Counted from the stretch's first letter, positions 9,231-18,774 are shown. The stretch: DNA of 64,000 bases from an uncultured Actinomycetes bacterium (GCA_903872155.1 CAIQJP010000042.1:83028-147027); one strand, 5' to 3'. The notes: generated from the sequence alone by a model not told the origin. Translations and numbers: made by a program.

Positions 9231-9919
9231 TCGCGTACTCGCATCGCGACATCAGGAAAATTCGTACAAATTCCATCAATACCCCACGAGATAAGTTCTG
9301 CCATACGTGAAGGATCGTCACAGGTCCAAGCATTCAAAGTCAGACCGTGGTGATGACACGCATCAATCGTTTCTTGAGTCACAAAGTTGACCCACGGGTG
9401 CAATGCACTATGTCCACTCTTGACGAGACCAGACAAAACTTCACCAAATTCTTCGGGGCGAACCCCAACTGTCAACCAGGCAGTGGCAATCGTCGGACGC
9501 AATTCCTGACATCGATCAATGGTTTCTCGGCGGAACGAAGAAATCAACCACTGCTTGTCACCTTCAGGGCGTTGAGCCAAACAAGCGATTGTCTCGTCGG
9601 CGATTGATTCGCTCTCATCAAAGTCTGGTTCTTCGGGATCATTCTTGATTTCAACATTGACCCACATCGGGACGCATGCATCAAGGGCCTCGTCAAGCGT
9701 GCAAACATCATCAGGTAATTCCGAATAATTCACTTGTGAAATGATTCGACCATCATCGAGTGTCGCATTGTGATGTATCACCAAAATACGATCAAGCGTT
9801 CGTCGCACATCAAGTTCAGCTGCGTCAGAACCCATGGAAACTGCACGTTTAAAGGCAGAAATTGTGTTTTCCTTCTCAGCGGCCGAGGCACCTCGATGAG
9901 CGAGTACTTGAGTTCCCAT
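9212..9919 (-). CDS. Glycerophosphodiester phosphodiesterase
   Basis: 'LAHRGAS...EKENT' GDPD N-terminal motif. Start set at the ATG at 9919 (MGTQVLAHRG). Confidence 0.85.
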   Translation of the reverse strand: MGTQVLAHRGASAAEKENTISAFKRAVSMGSDAAELDVRRTLDRILVIHHNATLDDGRIISQVNYSELPDDVCTLDEALDACVPMWVNVEIKNDPEEPDFDESESIADETIACLAQRPEGDKQWLISSFRRETIDRCQELRPTIATAWLTVGVRPEEFGEVLSGLVKSGHSALHPWVNFVTQETIDACHHHGLTLNAWTCDDPSRMAELISWGIDGICTNFPDVAMRVRDQSFSD

Positions 9920-10130
9920 ACCTTGAGTTAACTCTGAATACACACCAACCCGCACAATTATTTTTCTTTCTAGCAACAAAAAATTTGTCCTGTGACGAAA
10001 AACTTAGACCCGACCCCTTGCGTGTTCACCAGTTGTTTGCCAACCTTGAAGAGTCAGTTAATACAAGTCATCAAAGTTCTCGTCAAGAGAACAACAACCC
10101 CTCAACCCCCTAACTCGCCTGGAGCACCCC

Positions 10131-10448
10131 GTGTCAATCCTTGCCTCTTCACTTGCCCTTGGTTCCGCCGATTATTCATGGCGCGATGAAGCCGTCTGCC
10201 GTGACACCGATCCCGATTTGTTTTTCCCAATCGGCACGACCGGCCAAGCACTCCTTCAGATTGATCGCGCTAAGCAAGTTTGTAACGAATGCACAGTTCA
10301 AGTGAGCTGTCTTGAATTCGCACTTGAGACCAACCAAGACTCTGGTGTCTGGGGTGGAACTTCCGAGGAAGAGCGTCGCGATATTCGTCGCAAGATTGCC
10401 GCTCGCAATCGTGCTGCCCAATTGGCAGCTCGTTCATTTGCTTCCTGA
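10131..10448 (+). CDS. whiB: WhiB1-like Fe-S transcriptional regulator
   Basis: Four Cys (C...CNEC-x5-C), a 'GVWGG' turn and a basic tail. Layout and sequence closely resemble mycobacterial WhiB1. Confidence 0.9.
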   Translation: MSILASSLALGSADYSWRDEAVCRDTDPDLFFPIGTTGQALLQIDRAKQVCNECTVQVSCLEFALETNQDSGVWGGTSEEERRDIRRKIAARNRAAQLAARSFAS

Positions 10449-10459
10449 AGATTCGTGAA

Positions 10460-11941
10460 CTAGCGCGGTAAGCGCAAGTCAACAACTGTTCCATCGCCTC
10501 GACGATGGGCTTCAATTCCGACTGCAATGAAATCTTCCGGAGCGCCGGCGCGAATTGAAATTGAACCGTTGAGTTCGGTCGTTACCAAAGTGCGCACGAT
10601 GGACAACCCGAGACCAGTTGCACCATTCAAATCAAAAGAAGGATCAAGTCCGCGACCATCGTTAATGACTTTGATCGCAATTTCATCATCGTCACCGCCC
10701 AGTTCAACTACGACTGTTCCGCCATCGCTTCCCTCGGGGAATCCGTGATCAACCGCGTTTTGCAAAAGTTCAGTGAGCACCACTGAAAGCGGCGTAGCGA
10801 TTGTTGCGGGCAAACGTCCACCATCACCTTGCACAATAAATCGCACCGGACGATCAGGTGATTGCAATCCTTCTTCGGCCAATCTCATGAGTGGTCGTAC
10901 GATTTCAATGAACGCCACATCTTCACCAGTTTCGCGTGACAAAGTTTCATGCACGAGAGCAATGGTTCGAATACGCCGCACGCTTTCTTGAACTGCTGCT
11001 TTTGCTTCAGGAGATTCAAGGCGTCGAGCCTGTAAACGCAACAATGAAGAAATTGTCTGCAAGTTGTTCTTTACTCGGTGGTGAATTTCGCGAATGGTTG
11101 CATCTTTAGACAACAGCATTCGGTCACGTCGACGCACTTCAGTGACATCACGAATGAGCAACATGCCACCCGTAATCACTTCTGTTGAAATGATCGGAAT
11201 ACAACGCACGAGCAAAGTCACATCAGCGGTTTGATCAAATTCTTCAATGACCGGCTCAAAACGTTCAAACGCTTGGCGCACCGGGCTGTCAGCAAATCCG
11301 AGTTCACTTAACGATTGACCGACAACATTCGCAGTGATTCCGACGCGGTGAAGAGCCGAAACTGCGTTTGGAGACGCGTAACGAATAATGGCGTTTTCGT
11401 CCAGTACTACAGCTCCGTCGCCAACACGCGGAGCAGCACTCAAGTCGGCAGCACGACCCGGGAACGGGAAAGCACCTTCGGTGATCATTTCGGCGATTCG
11501 CTGAAAGATCGACAGGTACGTTCTTTCAAGTTCGCCGGGTTGACGACTGGTCTTTGACGACCATTCACGAGTTAACACGGCAACTGGACCATCAGCACCC
11601 CGCACCGGAATCGCCAGTACGTGCACAGAATCAAACATTTCGTGCTTATGCAATTCGGCTTCACTAATCGAACCTGTTGACATTGCTCGATCCAGCAATT
11701 CTGATTCAGCCGGATTAGCCAATGATTCAACTAAGTCGGTGCGATAGATGGTTTGACCAGTAGCTGGCCGCACTTGGGCCCCCACGATCCATTCACCCTC
11801 GAGATTTCTCAAGTACAAAATCATGTCGGCGAAACACAAGTCGGCGAGCATGCCCCATTCGCCGATCAACTGCTGCAGATGAGCGCTGTCGTCTTTGGAA
11901 ATTTCAGTATGTTGGCGAAGAAGTTCGGCAAGTGTTGCCAT
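10460..11941 (-). CDS. pdtaS: PdtaS-type sensor histidine kinase (GAF/PAS-HisKA_2-HATPase)
   Basis: H-box 'EIHHRVKNNLQ'; ATPase boxes 'ELLQNAVDHG', 'NDGRG', 'GLGLSIV'. Adjacent to whiB1, as in mycobacteria. Confidence 0.85.
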   Translation of the reverse strand: MATLAELLRQHTEISKDDSAHLQQLIGEWGMLADLCFADMILYLRNLEGEWIVGAQVRPATGQTIYRTDLVESLANPAESELLDRAMSTGSISEAELHKHEMFDSVHVLAIPVRGADGPVAVLTREWSSKTSRQPGELERTYLSIFQRIAEMITEGAFPFPGRAADLSAAPRVGDGAVVLDENAIIRYASPNAVSALHRVGITANVVGQSLSELGFADSPVRQAFERFEPVIEEFDQTADVTLLVRCIPIISTEVITGGMLLIRDVTEVRRRDRMLLSKDATIREIHHRVKNNLQTISSLLRLQARRLESPEAKAAVQESVRRIRTIALVHETLSRETGEDVAFIEIVRPLMRLAEEGLQSPDRPVRFIVQGDGGRLPATIATPLSVVLTELLQNAVDHGFPEGSDGGTVVVELGGDDDEIAIKVINDGRGLDPSFDLNGATGLGLSIVRTLVTTELNGSISIRAGAPEDFIAVGIEAHRRGDGTVVDLRLPR

Positions 11942-12010
11942 ACCTACGAGTCTGCCCGAAAACCGACCTGCGCCGAGTCATACCCAGCGGTATGACGGGT
12001 CAAAAATGTG

Positions 12011-12241
12011 TCATCCGCCGAAGCCGATGCGGCGATCCCCTTCGACCGATCCGATTTCGACATAGGCGATTTTGGCGGCGGGCACACCGACAGTGCGACC
12101 CTTTTTGTCCACAAGCCACAACACATCGACCGCACCTGACAAGGCTGCCTCAACCTTGGCTTTGGTGGCATCGCGTTCGTCATCAGCCTGCTCTAATGAG
12201 ATTTCTCGAGCTGCTTGGGTAACGCCGATACGAATGTCCAC
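12011..12241 (-). CDS. DUF3107 family protein
   Basis: 76 aa. 'MDIRIGVTQAAREISLE...VLWLVDKKGRTVGVPAAKIAYVEIG' matches the DUF3107 pattern as I remember it. Confidence 0.75.
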   Translation of the reverse strand: MDIRIGVTQAAREISLEQADDERDATKAKVEAALSGAVDVLWLVDKKGRTVGVPAAKIAYVEIGSVEGDRRIGFGG

Positions 12242-12324
12242 GATATGCCTCCTGTGAAAGCGTTGTTGGCAGATTCTGCTCCCAACAACGTAGATGAGAC
12301 GCTACCGCCCCAGTGGGTTCGAAC

Positions 12325-13077
12325 TCAGACGGCAGTGGCGCAAAAAGTATTGCCCTGCGCCAATGATTCCATGGTTGACACGTCGGCATCGCCGTACAGC
12401 GCGCTCAACATCCCCTTCACCATGCCGCGGTCGACAGCACAAATGACTGGATGTTCAATCGCGACGTCTCCAAAAGGACAGTGATTGTTGATGATTTGCA
12501 ACTGATTGTTGCGCTTTTCAGTATGTGCGGCGAAACCATGAGCAGTGAGGGCATCGGCCACCGCCTGCATGGCTGAGCGAAGACTACGTTGACCCGCCTC
12601 GAGATCGGTGCCCGTGAGCGCTGCCGCCATAGCCCGGCCATATTCTTGGCCAACTTGTTCGGCAATCACTTCAGCTTGTTGCGTCGGCAACAGCGCGAGC
12701 GTCTTACCGAGCAAACTCAGAACGAGATCGTCACTTCGAACCGGAAACTCGCTCATCGGCAATTCGGCGGCTGCCGAATAGCGCTTCGACGGTCGGCCGG
12801 CTCCACCACCTGGAGGGCGCACGACTGCAACATCGACATAACTCCCCGCCGCCAACTTGTCGAGGTGATGTCGCGCCACATTGGGGTGTAGATCAAACTC
12901 AGAGGCCACCTCAGCAGCCGTCACACCGTCGTCCACGCCACGGACGAACAAATAGATGGCTCGTCGAGTGGGGTCACCAAAAGCGTTGGTAATAGCCGTG
13001 ACCGAGGCTGCAAATCCACCAGTCGCCGTTGACGGTGACCCGTGACCTGAGGTCTGGAGAGGGCGAACAGAAGACAC
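12325..13077 (-). CDS. ArsR/SufR-like winged-helix regulator with a C-terminal Cys cluster
   Basis: HTH 'GVTAAEVASEFDLHPNVARHHLDKL'; C-terminal 'HCPFGDVAIEHPVICAVD...FCATAV'. Start set at the GTG at 13077 because the longer ORF would overlap Mrp; a TATAAT lies 6 nt upstream. Confidence 0.65.
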   Translation of the reverse strand: MSSVRPLQTSGHGSPSTATGGFAASVTAITNAFGDPTRRAIYLFVRGVDDGVTAAEVASEFDLHPNVARHHLDKLAAGSYVDVAVVRPPGGGAGRPSKRYSAAAELPMSEFPVRSDDLVLSLLGKTLALLPTQQAEVIAEQVGQEYGRAMAAALTGTDLEAGQRSLRSAMQAVADALTAHGFAAHTEKRNNQLQIINNHCPFGDVAIEHPVICAVDRGMVKGMLSALYGDADVSTMESLAQGNTFCATAV

Positions 13078-13083
13078 GTGGGT

Positions 13084-13089
13084 ATTATA
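13084..13089 (-). promoter_or_regulatory. Candidate -10 hexamer (TATAAT) for a leaderless regulator mRNA
   Basis: The reverse complement of 13084-13089 is TATAAT. It sits 6 nt from the proposed GTG at 13077. Confidence 0.35.
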
Positions 13090-13132
13090 CCTATCGCCGT
13101 AGTGCAAATTCTGAAGTAGGGAGCCCCCACCC

Positions 13133-14278
13133 GTGTCCGTCACCCGTGAACAAGTCGTTGAAGCCCTTCGTCCTGTCGAAGACCCCGAACTCCATCGCTC
13201 AATTGTCGACCTCGGCATGTTGCGTGATGTGCAAATTGACGGCGGGAACGTCTCGATTTTGATTGCTCTCACAGTTGCTGGTTGCCCGTTGCGCAACGAG
13301 ATCACCAATCGCGTCAAGGGCGCGGTCGCTCCCCTCGCGGGAGTTTCAAACGTCAATCTTGATTTCACAGTGATGACCGATCAAGAACGCGAAGAGCTCC
13401 GCATGAAGTTGCACGGTGACCCTGGCTCAACTGCCGGCCAAGGTCAAGCACACGGCCATGCCGAAGGTCGCGCGATTCCATTTGCTGATCCCGACAACAA
13501 GACGCGTCCGCTCTTGATTTCATCCGGAAAAGGTGGCGTCGGCAAAAGCAGCGTCACCACCAACCTTGCCGTTGCCTTGGCCGCTCAAGGTCACACTGTC
13601 GGCGTACTTGACGCTGACATTTACGGATATTCAATTCCACGCATGCTTGGCGCAAATGCCGATCCGGTTGCAATCGATCGCATGCTTCTGCCCTCAGAGG
13701 CGTACGGAGTTCGTTGCATTTCAATTGGATACTTTGTTCCCGAAGGACAAGCAGTCGTGTGGCGCGGACCAATGTTGCACAAGGCTCTCGAACAATTCTT
13801 GACTGATGTGTTTTGGGATGAACCCGATTTCTTGTTGATTGACATGCCGCCGGGCACTGGTGATATTGCACTCAGCCTGAGCCAGTACCTGCCCAAGGGC
13901 GAGGTGTACGTCGTGACGACACCACAGCAAGCAGCGCAAAAAGTTGCACGGTTGTCAGCAGCGATGGCGACCAAAGTTGGGTTGCCCGTGAAGGGTGTCA
14001 TTGAAAACATGTCATGGTTTAGCGGTGATGATGGAAAGCGCTACGAATTGTTCGGTAGCGGTGGTGGGCAAGAGCTTGCCGACGAACTCAATGTTCCTTT
14101 GCTTGGACAGTTGCCACTGGTTCAGCAACTACGTGAAGGTGGCGATGATGGTCACCCGATTGCCGCCATTGCCCCCGAAAGCGAAGCCGGAAAGATCTTC
14201 CACGAGATGGCCCGCAAGATTGCTGCCGACAACAAGCCGCGCAAGAAGTTCAGCAAGTTCCTAAAAGTCAATGGCTAA
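13133..14278 (+). CDS. apbC: Mrp/ApbC/NBP35 Fe-S cluster carrier ATPase with N-terminal DUF59 domain
   Basis: DUF59 'VEDPELHRSIVDLGM', deviant Walker A 'SGKGGVGKSS', and 'DMPPGTGD'. Confidence 0.9.
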   Translation: MSVTREQVVEALRPVEDPELHRSIVDLGMLRDVQIDGGNVSILIALTVAGCPLRNEITNRVKGAVAPLAGVSNVNLDFTVMTDQEREELRMKLHGDPGSTAGQGQAHGHAEGRAIPFADPDNKTRPLLISSGKGGVGKSSVTTNLAVALAAQGHTVGVLDADIYGYSIPRMLGANADPVAIDRMLLPSEAYGVRCISIGYFVPEGQAVVWRGPMLHKALEQFLTDVFWDEPDFLLIDMPPGTGDIALSLSQYLPKGEVYVVTTPQQAAQKVARLSAAMATKVGLPVKGVIENMSWFSGDDGKRYELFGSGGGQELADELNVPLLGQLPLVQQLREGGDDGHPIAAIAPESEAGKIFHEMARKIAADNKPRKKFSKFLKVNG

Positions 14279-15552
14279 ATGTCGTACGGCGTGACCTTGT
14301 AATAAATCGCCTTTAAATACGCACCAAATTCAAAGCCAATCGGGTGATCAACCGCGTGTTCGGTGCGTTTGAATTCATCAATATCAACTTGGGCGGTTCG
14401 AGCTGCCAGATAAGCCGCATCTGCTAATTCATCAATGTTGACGCGACTTGAACATGATGCTTGCAACAAAGTTCCGCCTGGTGAAGTGAGTCGTAGGCCA
14501 AGACGAGCCAATCGTTCATACGAACTCAGCGCGCGCAAAATTGATGCCTGATTTTGTGCAAACGACGGAGGATCCAAAATCACAATGTCAAACTGTTCAC
14601 CGCGTTCAACCATGTCTTCAAGAACTGCAAAAGCATCACCACGAACATCAGTCACCTTGCACGATGCGATTGAACCAATTTCTTTGTTGTGCTCAAGATT
14701 GCGATGAGCTGTTGCAAGAGCAGGAGCACTTACGTCAACCATGTGAACCGACTTCGCTCCACCAGCTGCAGCCGACAGAGTGAAGCCACCAGTACTCGAA
14801 AAAACATCAAGCACTCGACAACCACTCGCCAAATTGCGCACAATCGCGCGGTTGTCACGTTGATCTAAGAAGTGTCCAGTCTTATGGCCAAAGACAACAT
14901 CTGCTTCAAGAGAAAGTCCATTCTCTAAAAACATGATTGGCCCAGTGGGGGCTTCGCCAAACAAGGTGTCGCCATCAACTAAGCCATACGTTTCACCATC
15001 GCGAACGAGCCGTGAAAAGCGGATCACAACTCGCTCAAGAGAACCGACTTCAATCAATGCCTTCATGATTGAACGTAGGTGAACGAACCAGGCGCTGGTG
15101 TACAACTTGATCACTGCCGTGGAGGCATATTGATCAACGATCAAGCCAGGAAGCCCATCGTTCTCACCATGAACCCAACGAAAACCCGTTGTTAAACCAG
15201 TGCTCAACAATTCACGACGCACATCTAACGCCTGACGCATCTTGTTAAGCCACCACTCATCGTCAATTGTCACTGGCTTACCGACGTGCAAAACCTTGAC
15301 CCTGATCGGTGATTCAGGGTCCCATAAACCGATTGCTGCGAATCGGCGATTGTCATCAAACACCACCGCCAAGTCACCGCTAGTGCCCGCTGGTTTGTGC
15401 GATTCAACTGCTTGATCGAACAACCAAGGACTACCCGAACGAATCGCCCGCAATCCAGGTCGACTGACACGTACTGCTATGCGTACATCAGATGGTTGGG
15501 GTAGAACCACAGCATCAACAAATCCTGGGGCGCGTTGTTCGACTTCAGACAC
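14275..15552 (-). CDS. Class I SAM-dependent rRNA (cytosine-C5) methyltransferase, RlmI-like
   Basis: PUA-like N-terminus, 'VLDVFSSTGGFT' SAM motif and 'ILDPPSFA' motif IV. Confidence 0.85.
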   Translation of the reverse strand: MSEVEQRAPGFVDAVVLPQPSDVRIAVRVSRPGLRAIRSGSPWLFDQAVESHKPAGTSGDLAVVFDDNRRFAAIGLWDPESPIRVKVLHVGKPVTIDDEWWLNKMRQALDVRRELLSTGLTTGFRWVHGENDGLPGLIVDQYASTAVIKLYTSAWFVHLRSIMKALIEVGSLERVVIRFSRLVRDGETYGLVDGDTLFGEAPTGPIMFLENGLSLEADVVFGHKTGHFLDQRDNRAIVRNLASGCRVLDVFSSTGGFTLSAAAGGAKSVHMVDVSAPALATAHRNLEHNKEIGSIASCKVTDVRGDAFAVLEDMVERGEQFDIVILDPPSFAQNQASILRALSSYERLARLGLRLTSPGGTLLQASCSSRVNIDELADAAYLAARTAQVDIDEFKRTEHAVDHPIGFEFGAYLKAIYYKVTPYDI

Positions 15553-15567
15553 TCGTGTAACGGTATC

Positions 15568-15729
15568 TCACAGATCGTCGTCATCATCAGAATCGTCATC
15601 GTCTTGATCATCATCGTCAGAGTCATTTCCAACATCCGAACCAAAGTTTGAGCCGCAATTTGGACACGAACTCCCCACGTCACTTCCGATGTATTCATTA
15701 CAGCTGGGACACAATCCACTATCAGACAT
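15568..15729 (-). CDS. Small zinc-ribbon protein with poly-acidic tail (53 aa; below the ORF-track cutoff)
   Basis: Hand translation: MSDSGLCPSCNEYIGSDVGSSCPNCGSNFGSDVGNDSDDDDQDDDDSDDDDDL*. GAGGAG lies 5 nt upstream of the ATG. The ORF ends 15 nt before the RlmI-like start. Confidence 0.6.
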   Translation of the reverse strand: MSDSGLCPSCNEYIGSDVGSSCPNCGSNFGSDVGNDSDDDDQDDDDSDDDDDL

Positions 15730-15872
15730 TTGCTCTCCTCGTCATTGACAACGAATGCATCTTTGCCACAGGGTGAATGGAAGTTCCCGCAATGAGACGA
15801 CTGTCCTCTACTGAAAATCATGCAGACACCTGTGACTCTTTGTAATCTGACCTGACTACCAGGGGGCAAACA

Positions 15873-17033
15873 ATGACATCACGTCAGTTTTCAATTACTT
15901 CATTCCCTATCGGCGCAACGTTCGCAGTCGTCGGATTACTTGCACTTGCCTCATGTGGCGGTGATGACTCGGCAAGTTCGGCCGATACCGCTGCTTCGTC
16001 GACCGAAGCCATCGTGACTACTGAAGCCCCTGTCGCTGAAACTATTGCCCCACAACCGACGGACGCCCCAGCAGTTGCACCGACCTGGGAAACAGTTGAC
16101 GCACCCAGCGACTGCATGTGCGCCGATGGAAGCGCCTTCCATTTCTACGTTCGTGAGGCGAGTCCAACCAAAGTCTTGTTCTATCTCGAAGGCGGTGGAG
16201 CTTGCTTCAGTGCCGAGATGTGCGCACCAGGTAGCGGCACCTACAACGAGACGATTGCTCCAGTTTCACAACTCGCCGAAGCACCTGGAATTTTTGATTT
16301 CGCGAATCCCGAAAATCCATTTGCGGATTATTCAGTTGTCTATGTTCCTTACTGCACCGGTGACGTGCACGCTGGCAATACAACCAAGGATTACGGCAAC
16401 GGTGTTGTCATCCAACACAAGGGATTCGTCAATGCTTCAAACGCACTAGACACGATGATTGAACGATTCCCTGAAACGACACAACTCGTTGTCGCAGGTT
16501 CGAGCGCTGGCTCGTTCCCAACCCCAGTATTCGCCGGCATGGCCGGCGATCGATTACCAAATGCCGATCTCAAAGTATTCGCCGACAGTTCGGGGGCGAT
16601 CCCTGATGCCATGGGATTTGTCATTGGTAATTGGGGAACTCTTGAAACACTTCCCGATTGGCCCGAACTTCAAGGTGTCACAGTTGACCAATTCACACCG
16701 GCATACACATTCATTAAGGCCGCTGAGCACAACCCCAAGATCACGTTTGCTCGTCACGACTTTGCCTTTGACAGTGTCCTTTCAAGTTTTGCTCGCATGG
16801 CTGGTCTGTCCCCCGATGACCTCGTCTCAGTCATGCAGACCAACGAAGCAAAAGTTGAAGCCACTGGAGTAAACGTTGCCAACTGGATTTCACCAGGCGC
16901 CGACCACACCATTGCTGTACGCGACGAGTTCTACACCGAAGAAATGAACGGTGTGCGATTTGTTGATTGGCTCACCGCGTTCATGAATGGCACACCCGAG
17001 GCTGACAACTACTGCGTCGATTGCGCTGGGTAG
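15873..17033 (+). CDS. Pectin-acetylesterase/Notum-family hydrolase lipoprotein
   Basis: Lipobox 'LLALASCGG'; 'YLEGGGACF', 'YVPYCTGDVHAG' and 'VVAGSSAGS' motifs. Confidence 0.65.
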   Translation: MTSRQFSITSFPIGATFAVVGLLALASCGGDDSASSADTAASSTEAIVTTEAPVAETIAPQPTDAPAVAPTWETVDAPSDCMCADGSAFHFYVREASPTKVLFYLEGGGACFSAEMCAPGSGTYNETIAPVSQLAEAPGIFDFANPENPFADYSVVYVPYCTGDVHAGNTTKDYGNGVVIQHKGFVNASNALDTMIERFPETTQLVVAGSSAGSFPTPVFAGMAGDRLPNADLKVFADSSGAIPDAMGFVIGNWGTLETLPDWPELQGVTVDQFTPAYTFIKAAEHNPKITFARHDFAFDSVLSSFARMAGLSPDDLVSVMQTNEAKVEATGVNVANWISPGADHTIAVRDEFYTEEMNGVRFVDWLTAFMNGTPEADNYCVDCAG

Positions 17034-17087
17034 GGAACCGTCGCTGCGCGCAAATCTTCAAAGCGGGGAGAGGAACCGTCGCTGCGC
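17034..17087. repeat. 16-nt direct repeat GGAACCGTCGCTGCGC (x2, 38-bp period)
   Basis: Copies at 17034-17049 and 17072-17087, read directly. Confidence 0.7.
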
Positions 17088-17112
17088 TCCTCCCAAATCC
17101 TGCACGGCCACT

Positions 17113-17157
17113 AAATTGTTTGAGGCCTGCCAGCAAGCTGGCAGGCCTCAAACAATT

Positions 17158-17158
<1 letters not shown>
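17113..17158. terminator. Perfect 22-bp inverted repeat, probably a bidirectional terminator
   Basis: AAATTGTTTGAGGCCTGCCAGC-AA-GCTGGCAGGCCTCAAACAATTT lies between the convergent esterase gene and the tRNA. Confidence 0.7.
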
Positions 17159-17234
<76 letters not shown>

Positions 17235-17294
17235 GCGGAAATGTGAAGTGTACGGGCAGATGGCGCTATCGGCAACGCCCGTCTTCAGTCAGCC

Positions 17295-18020
17295 TTAACC
17301 CAGGTCGGCGATCGCGCGCGGAGCGCAGAAATCGATGACTTGCACCAACTTTTCGGCCAAGCGACGAGACGCCATGAGTAAGTTCGCATTGAACTGATCG
17401 GCGGTTGCAGTGTGATGGTCAACCAGATCGGTAATCGCCTTGAGCGCCATCACCGGAATCGCCATCATTTCGCAGACGTAGGCCACCGCTGCAGCCTCCA
17501 TTTCTTTCACTGCTCCCCCAGAAGCGGCGATCAATCGTCGATCGTCGTCATTCTCGTCAAGCGAGTTACTGGTCGTCACGACACCCAATTTGAGATTCAA
17601 TGCCTGTGCAAGACCCGCCGCAGGCACGGCTGGATATGAACCAATTCCATATTCTTCAAATCCCGGAATCGCGATTCGCCGATCGTGATGAACAAACCTC
17701 TGATCACTCACGTACACATCACCGATCTCTGTACCTTGACTCATCCAGCCACCAGCAGTGCCAGCAGTAATCAAAAGATCGGGGTTATATCGATCGGCAA
17801 CAAAATATGTATTGAGCGCCGCGGCCTCAGTGCCGATCGAATCAACTCCATGTCGCTTATCGCGTCCATTGACCGAAATGATGACGCGACACCCGTTGCG
17901 GTTCGCCTCAAAAAATTTAAAAGGCATCAACGGGATCGCCGGAATCGCCTGAGCGCCAAGTTGCGTCAAAATCGGCGAGGCTTCAGAAGCCATGGCCATG
18001 ACGACCGCGATGCATTTCAT
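17295..18020 (-). CDS. Nucleoside phosphorylase-family nucleosidase (MTA/SAH nucleosidase-like)
   Basis: 241 aa with the PNP_UDP_1-type pattern ('ITAGTAGG', 'KEMEAAAVA'). Confidence 0.65.
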   Translation of the reverse strand: MKCIAVVMAMASEASPILTQLGAQAIPAIPLMPFKFFEANRNGCRVIISVNGRDKRHGVDSIGTEAAALNTYFVADRYNPDLLITAGTAGGWMSQGTEIGDVYVSDQRFVHHDRRIAIPGFEEYGIGSYPAVPAAGLAQALNLKLGVVTTSNSLDENDDDRRLIAASGGAVKEMEAAAVAYVCEMMAIPVMALKAITDLVDHHTATADQFNANLLMASRRLAEKLVQVIDFCAPRAIADLG

Positions 18021-18036
18021 GCCTTGATAGTAGGTG

Positions 18037-18774
18037 CTAGTCGTAGGAGCGACGGAGCATTAGGCGAGTCCACAATTGCAAAAGCTGTAGTGCCGAGCGA
18101 GAAATTGCGGGGATGCGAAAAAACTGCGATTTCCCATGAGGACGGTGATAGTGGCTCACACCAACTTCAACAAAATTCGCATGCACACGATTGAGCGCAT
18201 GCATCATTTCAACACAGATCACACCGGTCGTTGACTGCAGGCGGACTTTGCCTAACACCGCATTTCTGATCAAACGAAAATCACAGTCAGTATCTCGAAC
18301 TGGCAAGCGGAAAAGGAACCGCACCCCATGGTGATATACCCGACCAATAATGCGTCGATGCAGGGGGTCGCCACGACCGATCTTGAATCCCTGAATGACA
18401 TCAGATGATTCAGTCACTGCAGCGATACAGCGAGTGATTTCACGAGCGTCGTACTGTGCATCGCCATCGGTATAGAAAACCCACTGTTTGGTTGAAGCCA
18501 CGAAACCAGACAACAGCGCACCACCGTAACCACGATTCACTTCATGATTCACGATTCGAAGCTCTCTCACTTCGTTTTGAAGTTCTTGCAAAACCTGCAG
18601 CGAGTTGTCGCTTGATCCGTCATTGACGACAATGATTTCAAAATCAGAAACTGCTTCAACTAGAGATGCACGAACATCCCTAACCATCTTGCCAATCGAT
18701 AATGCATCGTTGTAACAAGGAAAGAACGCTGATACCGATGACACCAATGGATTTTGTGCGCGCACTGTTGTCAT
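18037..18774 (-). CDS. Family 2 glycosyltransferase (polyprenyl-phosphate sugar synthase, ArnC/DPM1-like)
   Basis: 'IIVVNDGSSDNS', 'YTDGDAQY' (DxD) and 'NRGYGGAL'. Start set at the ATG at 18774, which overlaps the upstream stop as ATGA. Confidence 0.8.
   Translation of the reverse strand: MTTVRAQNPLVSSVSAFFPCYNDALSIGKMVRDVRASLVEAVSDFEIIVVNDGSSDNSLQVLQELQNEVRELRIVNHEVNRGYGGALLSGFVASTKQWVFYTDGDAQYDAREITRCIAAVTESSDVIQGFKIGRGDPLHRRIIGRVYHHGVRFLFRLPVRDTDCDFRLIRNAVLGKVRLQSTTGVICVEMMHALNRVHANFVEVGVSHYHRPHGKSQFFRIPAISRSALQLLQLWTRLMLRRSYD

Noticed and set aside
9991-10008. CRP/Cmr-like half-site TGTGA upstream of whiB1
   Set aside because: The second half-site (expected TCACA after 6 nt) is not present; the sequence there reads ACTTA. 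A single pentamer is not evidence.
13078-13368. N-terminal 97 aa of the 347-aa ORF 12325..13368
   Set aside because: It would overlap the well-supported Mrp/ApbC gene on the other strand by more than 200 nt, and its composition is not protein-like. An internal GTG at 13077 with an upstream TATAAT is preferred.
15477-15869. 130-aa track ORF on the minus strand between the RlmI-like gene and the esterase gene
   Set aside because: It overlaps the RlmI-like N-terminus and has an implausible composition. The same region in another frame contains a much better 53-aa zinc-ribbon ORF with a GAGGAG Shine-Dalgarno sequence.
17063-17074. 12-nt duplicate of the tRNA-fMet 3' end as an att site of an integrated element
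   Set aside because: The copies are only 100 bp apart, no integrase or island cargo lies between or beside them, and the match is short. It is kept only as a low-interest note.
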